Shown here piece by piece: positions 39,495 through 46,814 of a DNA stretch of 64,000 bases. The translations under genes were made by a program, and so were the position numbers. Where the stretch lies: the IMG/VR virus record IMGVR_UViG_3300030339_000003, positions 62,001 through 126,000 of that record; one strand, given 5' to 3'. Numbering within the stretch: the first letter of the stretch is position 1; every line of letters begins with the position of its first letter. Below the pieces are notes generated by a model, which saw only the letters and a list, made by a program, of their open reading frames with translations, searched no databases and was not told the origin of the DNA.

Positions 39495-40776
39495 TTTCTT
39501 AAAAGCATCATTTGCTAATCGCGCTTACAATAATAAGGAATACATGGTATCCCTTATTACGATTGGTTTTGATGACCCGGAAAATAAAGCAATCCTCTCA
39601 CCTCTTCCTTATTGTGTATGGATTGAAGACAACAAGTATCATTTCAACGATGAGAACAAAGTAGAACACATCTTAGAAGGTTCTGTCACTGAACCTGTCT
39701 TTATGATGGATACCTTGTTATCGTTGCCTCATGAATTCCATCCGGTATTAGATGCGGATACTGAAACAACTTTTGGTATCTTCCTCTTTAACGTGGTGTT
39801 GTTCTATGAAACTGTAGGCAAACTGATTCCTTATTTAAATAAAGAATTAACTAAGGATAATATCAAGCCTTGGATTTCTGAATTAATGTGTGATGAATTA
39901 CCAGGCATACCTATTCCAGAAGGTAAGGCGGGTATTAAGAAAGTCTTGCAGATATCGCGTAACGCTAACTATCTTGAAGGCATATTGGTTCATATCGTCA
40001 AGTGTGGTTCTCAAGACTCATTAACAATCAGTCCGGCTATTCTTAAACGTAAAGCGGAATTGATTAAAGAACACAAAGATCATTTGACCGACCCTATTGT
40101 ATTCAACAACATTGTTGAAGAACTCGTTAATATGGACATGGAAATTCAAAAGAAAGGCGCATCTAATACTTTCTATATTTCCAAAGACTATATCAGTAAC
40201 TGCCGTAAACGTATGTTCATGGTGTTTGGTATCGAGTTCAATAGCGAAACAGGCCAATGGGTTCCTTTATTAGATCCACTGACTGAAGGCTGGGATCCTA
40301 ATCTCTTAACTGATTACATCAACACCACTATCGAAGGTTCTTATAACCGCGGTAAAGCAACAGGTGAAGGTGGTGCTCGCGTTAAAGATATTCTGCGTGT
40401 TATGGGTTCGAGTCATGTGTCAGAAGAAGACTGTGGGTCTATTGTCACAGAACAAATCGATATCCGCGAATACAACCGTAGTCAATGGGTGGGTGCGTTT
40501 ATATTGTTGGCCAATAAGCCTACGTTGTTGACTAATGAACTCAGCAAGAAACTGCTAGGTAAAACAGTAGATGTACGTGTACCGCAGTTCTGCTTAACAA
40601 CTGATGGTAACTACTGTAAGATTTGTTTAGGTTCCGGGTTAGGCAAGTACTCTACTCGTTTAGCATCTGACACGGTTAAGGTACCAACCACGTTCATGTT
40701 AACGAGAATGAAAGCGAGTCACATATCAGGTAGTAGTAACGCCAAAATGAATCTTGAATATGTGTTTAGAACATAA
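39481..40776 (+). CDS. Virion RNA polymerase beta' subunit, C-terminal part (phiKZ gp80-like)
   Basis: Bridge-helix-like GKATGEGGARVKD, VSEEDCGS, and Zn site CLTTDGNYCKICLG. Confidence 0.85.
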   Translation: MNKIDFLKASFANRAYNNKEYMVSLITIGFDDPENKAILSPLPYCVWIEDNKYHFNDENKVEHILEGSVTEPVFMMDTLLSLPHEFHPVLDADTETTFGIFLFNVVLFYETVGKLIPYLNKELTKDNIKPWISELMCDELPGIPIPEGKAGIKKVLQISRNANYLEGILVHIVKCGSQDSLTISPAILKRKAELIKEHKDHLTDPIVFNNIVEELVNMDMEIQKKGASNTFYISKDYISNCRKRMFMVFGIEFNSETGQWVPLLDPLTEGWDPNLLTDYINTTIEGSYNRGKATGEGGARVKDILRVMGSSHVSEEDCGSIVTEQIDIREYNRSQWVGAFILLANKPTLLTNELSKKLLGKTVDVRVPQFCLTTDGNYCKICLGSGLGKYSTRLASDTVKVPTTFMLTRMKASHISGSSNAKMNLEYVFRT

Positions 40777-40814
40777 AAAATAAACAGCATTAATGCTTTT
40801 ATAGGAATCTTTAA

Positions 40815-41666
40815 ATGAGTGATACCGAACTTATTAGTACGGGCAGTATGGATTACGTATCAGGAACTGAATCCTACGCTATGCGTTATTTCCAAGGCGT
40901 ACTGTTCAGTAATGGCATTATTAAATTATCCGATGTAAACGGCATGGAAGGATTGTTCAGTTCCGCTGCTGCCAAAATCAAACAATTTATTAGTTGGATT
41001 TATAAACAACTTAAATCTTTATGGAATATTTTCTTCGGTCCCAGAGCAACCGTTAAAGTAACTGGAGCCGATGCAGTAAACATGTGGGATACAAAGTTTA
41101 CTCTAAAAGAAGGGGCAGCAGAAAAATTAAGCGGTCTACTTAAAGTTGAACATACTAAACTTGAATCTGCATTGGCGCGTTATTTTTCTAAACAAACCGA
41201 ATGGAAAATTAACGTACTTAAATTAGGTGAAGAAATAGGGTTTAATCATTTAAAAGTTGATAAGGATGAGTTGGCTGCCAAATATTGGGAGTCTATCAGT
41301 AAAAGAATGCAAATCAATATTGAAAATATTGAAAAGTCTTCTACCTTACGAGGTTTCGTTAATAATTTTAATGATCATATCACGCTTACGGAAAACTTGT
41401 TTAAAAACATCATGCTGCACGCTCCAGGATACATTGATGATTTTAAGAATAACGAGTTTGCCGAATCTGATAAAGTAGAACAATCTGTTTTAAACGATTC
41501 AGAACGTATTAAAACTGAAGAGCTTTATAACAAGTTCGTGGCTTTGATGATAAGTGGTAACAACTTACGATTAGCAGTCATGAAAGATCTTAACCACTCG
41601 CTTAGTATGTTGGATCAACAAATAATGGCTTTCAACAGACGCGATTACTTTGTAACAAAAAAATAA
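40815..41666 (+). CDS. Internal head protein paralogue outside the main cluster
   Basis: SGTESYAMRYFQGVLFSNG...NGMEG followed by LFSSAAAKIKQFISWIYKQLKSLWNIFFG. Confidence 0.7.
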   Translation: MSDTELISTGSMDYVSGTESYAMRYFQGVLFSNGIIKLSDVNGMEGLFSSAAAKIKQFISWIYKQLKSLWNIFFGPRATVKVTGADAVNMWDTKFTLKEGAAEKLSGLLKVEHTKLESALARYFSKQTEWKINVLKLGEEIGFNHLKVDKDELAAKYWESISKRMQINIENIEKSSTLRGFVNNFNDHITLTENLFKNIMLHAPGYIDDFKNNEFAESDKVEQSVLNDSERIKTEELYNKFVALMISGNNLRLAVMKDLNHSLSMLDQQIMAFNRRDYFVTKK

Positions 41667-41677
41667 ATAAATTATAC

Positions 41678-41709
41678 TAACTACTACTCCCGCAAGGGAG
41701 TAGTAGTTA
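41678..41709. terminator. Bidirectional hairpin, identical to 8851-8882
   Basis: TAACTACTACTCCC-GCAA-GGGAGTAGTAGTTA between convergent units. Confidence 0.85.
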
Positions 41710-41726
41710 AGTTATATGAATGCAAG

Positions 41727-41903
41727 TTATTTTTGAGATGTACGTAAATGGACATCTTCAGCTTTAATTTCTGGGCGCGCTCGTTGTTCCATTGGGATGT
41801 AACGATAACCAATAGTGCCATCTTCACGAGTATATTTTTCATGAGTACGGAACTGCTGTGTAAAAACAAACTCTTTCTTCATCGTCAATTTACTTAAAGA
41901 CAT
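41727..41903 (-). CDS. Small hypothetical protein (58 aa), below the track cut-off
   Basis: AAGGA RBS, ATG at 41903, MSLSKLTMKKEFVFTQQFRTHEKY...RTSQK*; fits the operon spacing. Confidence 0.65.
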   Translation of the reverse strand: MSLSKLTMKKEFVFTQQFRTHEKYTREDGTIGYRYIPMEQRARPEIKAEDVHLRTSQK

Positions 41904-41912
41904 TACAATTCC

Positions 41913-42287
41913 TTAGTGTTTACACGTGTAAATATAGGCGTCATTTTCTTTATCAAAAGAAACACTGAAATCTGGATGACGTTGGATAACGCGGAGAGCC
42001 ACGTGGCCTTGGAAAGGTATTACTGACGGGCTTTCGGGAATGATTAATTTTGAAACCAATTCTTTTTCAACAATAACTTGATTTAACATTACCGTACTAT
42101 GATCGACATGACGTTCACTGTGTAAAGTGAATTTAAAAGTATGATTGCGAATAGAATGATGGGTTGATTTTTCTTCCCAAGTTGCATTCTTTGCTTCTTC
42201 AACAATTAATTCAATGACACTATTAATTAAGTTGCTAAAGATTAAATGTTTGGGAGGAACTTCAAAAGCTTTCATTGGCTCTACCAT
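41913..42287 (-). CDS. Small accessory orphan (array member F)
   Basis: 124 aa, start overlaps the upstream stop. Confidence 0.65.
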   Translation of the reverse strand: MVEPMKAFEVPPKHLIFSNLINSVIELIVEEAKNATWEEKSTHHSIRNHTFKFTLHSERHVDHSTVMLNQVIVEKELVSKLIIPESPSVIPFQGHVALRVIQRHPDFSVSFDKENDAYIYTCKH

Positions 42288-42709
42288 ACCCAGTAGTATC
42301 CTTTTTCATTACATTTGATTAATGTGTTAGTTAAACCGGAACGAGAATAAGCTGCATTAAAGATAAAGTCTTTAACATAATCTTTATTACGATCAAAATG
42401 TTTAGAATTGACTTTGATTGTTTGACAACATACTTCTCGCCCAAAATGATGGTCGTATTCTTTCCACACGTAAGCAGTAATTTCAATACGAGGGCTTATA
42501 ACATAAAGATGAGTTAACACCTTTCCGTTCGTAAGTTCACCAGGCGATTGTCTATAACGTAGATAATTACTTAAAGCAATTTCATAAATCTGTTGAGTAA
42601 TTTCTATTTCGACGTTACACTTTAATATTTCATTAAAATCGGCAACAGTCAATGCCGCTGTTGCTGGGTCATAAATAGTTGTTATATCGGGTAAAATGTT
42701 TTTAGACAT
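42281..42709 (-). CDS. Small accessory orphan (array member E), paralogue of 42715-43032
   Basis: ITAYVWKE...EVCCQTI...DYVKDFI...NEKGYYWVW. Confidence 0.7.
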   Translation of the reverse strand: MSKNILPDITTIYDPATAALTVADFNEILKCNVEIEITQQIYEIALSNYLRYRQSPGELTNGKVLTHLYVISPRIEITAYVWKEYDHHFGREVCCQTIKVNSKHFDRNKDYVKDFIFNAAYSRSGLTNTLIKCNEKGYYWVW

Positions 42710-42714
42710 ATCGA

Positions 42715-43032
42715 TTACCAGGTTAAATAGATACCATTATGATCACTACGTACAGTAACCCCTTTAAACTGATTCAAACACATCATAATGAATTCGTTTA
42801 AATAGTTGATACCATCGCCTCCCTTATTAGGAGAGGCTGTGATACCGCAACACACTTCGTCTGCCGTCAATGATTTCCATACATGACACGTCAAGCCAAC
42901 ATTACCCACTTGATATGTCTCAATAACGGAATCTTTACCTTTTTTACGTTCTAATGTTGCAACGCTGGGATATTCTTTTAACATGGAATAGTAAAGCTGA
43001 ATCATTGTGGATGTAACGCTTTTGTCTCCCAT
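42715..43032 (-). CDS. Small accessory orphan (array member D), paralogue of 42281-42709
   Basis: LTCHVWKS...EVCCGIT...NYLNEFI...DHNGIYLTW; ATG at 43032 lies 1 nt after the upstream TAA. Confidence 0.7.
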   Translation of the reverse strand: MGDKSVTSTMIQLYYSMLKEYPSVATLERKKGKDSVIETYQVGNVGLTCHVWKSLTADEVCCGITASPNKGGDGINYLNEFIMMCLNQFKGVTVRSDHNGIYLTW

Positions 43033-43033
43033 G

Positions 43034-43378
43034 TTAATCCCACAACTTAATAAAGAGTTTGTTTTCAGTAATGATGGCGATTTCATAATAAGGCTTACTG
43101 ACACGCGCTAATGAACTCAACGTTGCCATATAAGTTTTGCCATCTTCTACATCATCAAACATGGCATCAATAGTCGCTATTTCATTTTCTAAATAACGTT
43201 CTTCCATACCAAAATAACATTGCGGGATAGTGTAATTGTCTACTACTACCTTACGGACATCTCGATTAAATCCGTTACCCGTAATTACAGAATCAATACG
43301 ATTTAACAAAAGCTCAAATAAGGCGTTTGATTGTTCGCCCGTAATATCTTCTGGGAAATCATACTTAACAATTTCCAT
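43034..43378 (-). CDS. Small accessory orphan (array member C)
   Basis: Start at 43378 inferred from TAATG stop/start overlap (the track starts at 43444). Confidence 0.65.
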   Translation of the reverse strand: MEIVKYDFPEDITGEQSNALFELLLNRIDSVITGNGFNRDVRKVVVDNYTIPQCYFGMEERYLENEIATIDAMFDDVEDGKTYMATLSSLARVSKPYYEIAIITENKLFIKLWD

Positions 43379-43800
43379 TACTTGCTTAGGAACGATTTCA
43401 GTAACCACTTTTTCGTTGTCAGTGTTTTTAGTTCTATTTTCCATATTGGGAAACTCGCCAGTACGTTGATAGTTGCACGATTAAGTTCTAAGAATTCTTT
43501 AATAAATGAACGCGAACCTATTTCAAATTCATTAACGAAATCTAAGTAACTGGTTGATTGATAGTTCAACATTGACGACCAAGATTCTTCACCTAAGAAT
43601 CTGTTCGCGAACTGTTGTTGTATAACCAAAGAATTCTTAGTTATGTGAGTATCCAACTGTTCAAAGAAGTAATCGTCATCAAATGTTGCTGCACATTCCC
43701 CACGCAATATACTGACCTGCAATACATCACAAGCAAAATTAGTGACATCGTCAGTATAACCTTCAGGAATGCGTAATACATCACTGTATATTTTTTCCAC
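43378..43800 (-). CDS. Small accessory orphan (array member B)
   Basis: 140 aa, coupled on both sides. Confidence 0.65.
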   Translation of the reverse strand: MEKIYSDVLRIPEGYTDDVTNFACDVLQVSILRGECAATFDDDYFFEQLDTHITKNSLVIQQQFANRFLGEESWSSMLNYQSTSYLDFVNEFEIGSRSFIKEFLELNRATINVLASFPIWKIELKTLTTKKWLLKSFLSK

Positions 43801-44206
43801 TTGACGCCTTAGTAATTTTAATTTTACCGCTGAGGGTTAATGTTACGTAAGTTCCGGTCAAGTACTTAACACGTATGTTAAAAGCTTGATCTTTATTAAG
43901 TGTTTCAAAATGGTCATTGATGTCGTGTTTTAAATGCACACGGCGAACTTCTGTCGACCAAAACAAAGGACACTGTTCTTCAATAACAAATTGAGCACGG
44001 AAGCTGACGAATTCTTCCCCAGAGAAAATAATATCAACAACGGGATCATTAGATATTCTTAACGAACCATTATAATGAGGATTAACTTTATAATATTTGA
44101 AATGATCTTTAACGATGGAATGAACGACATCGATCTTATTTAATCCAATTGTGCGATAATGATCGGCGTAATGATTACGTAATACACGTTTTGTTTTAAA
44201 CATCAT
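43781..44206 (-). CDS. Small accessory orphan (array member A), first gene of the early operon
   Basis: AAGGGG RBS then ATG ATG at 44206/44203; about 40 bp downstream of TATATTAC. Confidence 0.65.
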   Translation of the reverse strand: MMFKTKRVLRNHYADHYRTIGLNKIDVVHSIVKDHFKYYKVNPHYNGSLRISNDPVVDIIFSGEEFVSFRAQFVIEEQCPLFWSTEVRRVHLKHDINDHFETLNKDQAFNIRVKYLTGTYVTLTLSGKIKITKASSGKNIQ

Positions 44207-44245
44207 AACCCCTTTTAAAAAATAAATAGTTATCAATACTAATAA

Positions 44246-44253
44246 GTAATATA
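44246..44253 (-). promoter_or_regulatory. Early promoter TATATTAC
   Basis: Exact match to the phiKZ early consensus, between a terminator and the operon start. Confidence 0.7.
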
Positions 44254-44270
44254 GTGTTAAAATATAATAA

Positions 44271-44298
44271 CTTACTAACTGGTTGCCCAGTTAGTAAG
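44271..44298 (-). terminator. Hairpin terminator
   Basis: 12-bp stem CTTACTAACTGG / CCAGTTAGTAAG; GCAA loop on the minus strand. Confidence 0.8.
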
Positions 44299-44303
44299 GA
44301 GTG

Positions 44304-44636
44304 TTATTTTTTAGTAATGATGTAATCGCTACGGAACATGTCAGCTGGAGTTGGGTGCCATACGTCTTGATCAAGCACATTTGAAGATGTCCACATAATT
44401 AAAACATCCATAGTTCCAAAATCACTAACGGCATTTCTCTTTGTAACTTCATGTTCTTTATCAGTCCAACTCACAGATTTAATACTAATTGAACCCCTAG
44501 GGAAATCTAACAAGAAATTCAAAGCAGTACCAAAGGTTACATATTTCAATGTTCCTTTTGCTTCGAGTTCAGCAATGAGTTTCTTATCGATTTTGTCTTT
44601 TACAGTTTTTAATGAAGGTTTATAAGGACTAAGCAT
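44304..44636 (-). CDS. DUF2829/Tad2-like protein 2 (candidate immune-signal sponge)
   Basis: VTFGTALNFL...SVSW...VWHPTPADMFRSDYII; start at 44636 with GGAG RBS. Confidence 0.6.
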   Translation of the reverse strand: MLSPYKPSLKTVKDKIDKKLIAELEAKGTLKYVTFGTALNFLLDFPRGSISIKSVSWTDKEHEVTKRNAVSDFGTMDVLIMWTSSNVLDQDVWHPTPADMFRSDYIITKK

Positions 44637-44913
44637 CAGCAAGCTCCAATACCCATTCAGTGTCAAAAAGATCTGCGGTAGACGGGTGCCACGGCAGCAC
44701 TAAGCCATTAGAAAAAGTTATTACGGCCATTCGGAGTTTAAATTCTTCACTATACTGAATAGTGACGCGTGCTGTTTCATTACTCCAATGTTTGCACCAC
44801 ATACTTACTTTACCGGGCAATGCACTAACTAACATTCCCCATGCTTCACTAAATGTTTGTTTTTCTAAGAACTTTTCTTCTTCCAAATACATCATTGTTT
44901 CTAAAGCGGTCAT
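44629..44913 (-). CDS. DUF2829/Tad2-like protein 1 (candidate immune-signal sponge)
   Basis: QTFSEAWGML...GKVSMWCKHW...LPWHPSTADLFDTEWVL. Confidence 0.6.
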   Translation of the reverse strand: MTALETMMYLEEEKFLEKQTFSEAWGMLVSALPGKVSMWCKHWSNETARVTIQYSEEFKLRMAVITFSNGLVLPWHPSTADLFDTEWVLELADA

Positions 44914-45093
44914 TTAAACCTCGTCTACCGGTACATGATTCTTTAATACAATAACTAAAGCCTCTAATTCTTCCAGACTGTAGTCGCCATCAAGCGTTAC
45001 CCGTTCAAGTGTCTGTTGATCCATCCATTTACCAGATTGCTTTATAGTGGCTCTGGCTTGATCGAGTGACATTTGTTTTATTTGCCTTTGCAT
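44914..45093 (-). CDS. Small hypothetical protein (59 aa), below the track cut-off
   Basis: AAGGA RBS; MQRQIKQMSLDQARATIKQSGKW...LDGDYSLEELEALVIVLKNHVPVDEV*; stop abuts the next ATG. Confidence 0.65.
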   Translation of the reverse strand: MQRQIKQMSLDQARATIKQSGKWMDQQTLERVTLDGDYSLEELEALVIVLKNHVPVDEV

Positions 45094-45135
45094 ACATAGT
45101 CCTTATAAGAAGTGAGGCGAACCCCACCCTTATTT

Positions 45136-46683
45136 TTAATACATAAATATGCCGCTATCTACGTTCTGATAACTTAAACTACTTTCTTCAAACAGTTCTT
45201 TACGATAGTGATGATAAGACACATGTTTATCAACATCGTCACACACGGTATAACCAAAGATTAAGTCAACACCGTTATGTAATGGGTTTTTGTTTTCACG
45301 AACACGACCACGCATCTGATAGTTACGTTGGACGGATTTAACGTTATGGAAACTGATACACGTAATTAACCCAGGAATGTCTTTACCTGTACCACAACTG
45401 CCAGGTGTACTAAAGACTATTTCGTGCTTACGGTATTCATCCTTGGTATCAGCTTTACCGCCTTGTTCACCAGTAAACGATATGGCGTCCAGTTCAGGAT
45501 AACGTTTCTTAAGTTCTTCTACCATGAACTTGCAAGTTTCTACTTTAGTAAAGAAGAACAAACATTTGGATTCCGGTTTACGGCGATTAAGATAGTATTC
45601 TCTGAAACACCACAACATCAACTCGATATAGTGTGGACGTAACTTTTTGTTATCCATGATGGATGCTTCAAAAGTCGTGTCATTATAAACACCACGAGCA
45701 GTTGTTCGTATTTTGTTTTGCCTGGTATTAATACGATAATGGATTGCTTTGATGTGCATGTGTGCGGTATACACGGTATCTTTTAAACGAACGCTTTCAG
45801 GGAACAAGTACTTATAGATTTTGTTCGTGAAAGGATCTTCCGCTTTAAAGGTTGCTGTGTTACCGATTGTTTTCTTAATGTTACCAAACATCAAGGACAA
45901 ATAAACCTGATGAATGGATTCATGCACTTCATCGTAAATACGTAAGCCAGGACGGAACAACTTATAAACATCATCCAGCGTTGGATAGGTTTCATCCAAA
46001 CGTGACTTACGTACCATGACGTCAATTTTACTTAATGAAATAACTAAGATCTTGGGATTGATTACCCCAGATTTTAATTGATCCATTAATACGTCTAAAC
46101 CGCCCGCATCTGCCACATGATAATCTTTGGGTTGTAAGTCTAAGAACTTACCACACTCGACATTCCAAATAGGAAGGAAGCGAGCATTACCAATAATGAC
46201 CACACGTTCACCAGCAGCTACAGCAGCATATAAATCTAACCAACCTTTACCTACACCTGTGGCTGCATTATTTAACTTTAACGGCCCGTCGTCGGTCAGG
46301 TAAGGCATCCAGTCGTATTGCTCTGGTTTGTTAGGTTGATCGAATCCTACTTTAAACTTTAATTCAACTTTAATAGGTTCTATTAACGGTTCATCGTCAA
46401 TTAAAATATCGTTGTCACTATAACCACGTTGGGTTATGAAATTCTTTAAGTCGGGTAATAACGTTGAGGTTATACGGAGTTCTGTTTTGTCTTTATTAAA
46501 TCTTGCGAAACGATGCGTTACCCCATAAGTCTGAATCATTGGGTTAGATTCAGAAGGTATCATACCGAACTTAAATAAATGATGGTGACAAAACGGAAGA
46601 AGAATCTTTCGTGCAAATTCTTCGGCATAACCGTGTATTCTCAGGTAGCTATTAGCGACGCTTATCGTACACTTGTATCGCAC
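45136..46683 (-). CDS. SF2 helicase, UvsW-like (phiKZ gp75-like)
   Basis: Motif I AATGVGKG, motif II DEVHE, motif III NTAT, motif VI QMRGRVRE. Confidence 0.85.
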   Translation of the reverse strand: MRYKCTISVANSYLRIHGYAEEFARKILLPFCHHHLFKFGMIPSESNPMIQTYGVTHRFARFNKDKTELRITSTLLPDLKNFITQRGYSDNDILIDDEPLIEPIKVELKFKVGFDQPNKPEQYDWMPYLTDDGPLKLNNAATGVGKGWLDLYAAVAAGERVVIIGNARFLPIWNVECGKFLDLQPKDYHVADAGGLDVLMDQLKSGVINPKILVISLSKIDVMVRKSRLDETYPTLDDVYKLFRPGLRIYDEVHESIHQVYLSLMFGNIKKTIGNTATFKAEDPFTNKIYKYLFPESVRLKDTVYTAHMHIKAIHYRINTRQNKIRTTARGVYNDTTFEASIMDNKKLRPHYIELMLWCFREYYLNRRKPESKCLFFFTKVETCKFMVEELKKRYPELDAISFTGEQGGKADTKDEYRKHEIVFSTPGSCGTGKDIPGLITCISFHNVKSVQRNYQMRGRVRENKNPLHNGVDLIFGYTVCDDVDKHVSYHHYRKELFEESSLSYQNVDSGIFMY

Positions 46684-46777
46684 GGTTTTGCTCCTAATTC
46701 ATTATTTATGAATGCACCATAGTCTCATAACATCCAAAACCAGTTTATTTTTAATGATAAATACATAAATAATGATA

Positions 46778-46805
46778 AACCTCCTACCCTTGCAGGTAGG
46801 AGGTT
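46778..46805 (-). terminator. Hairpin terminator after nvRNAP beta'-C
   Basis: AACCTCCTACC / GGTAGGAGGTT with a GCAA-containing loop on the minus strand. Confidence 0.8.
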
Positions 46806-46814
46806 ACTCGTAAG

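Noticed and set aside
41654-41666. A AAA AAA slippery-looking run at the end of 40815-41666
   Set aside because: The -1 frame closes after four more codons, and the run is part of the A-rich flank seen at most hairpins.
8851-41709. Identical 32-bp palindromic repeats as a possible CRISPR array or transposon ends
   Set aside because: Copies are dispersed singly at operon ends, with no regular spacers, cas genes, transposase or target-site duplications.
41684-41869. Track ORF of 61 aa
   Set aside because: It runs into the terminator and lacks an RBS; the overlapping frame 41727-41903 has a proper RBS and spacing.
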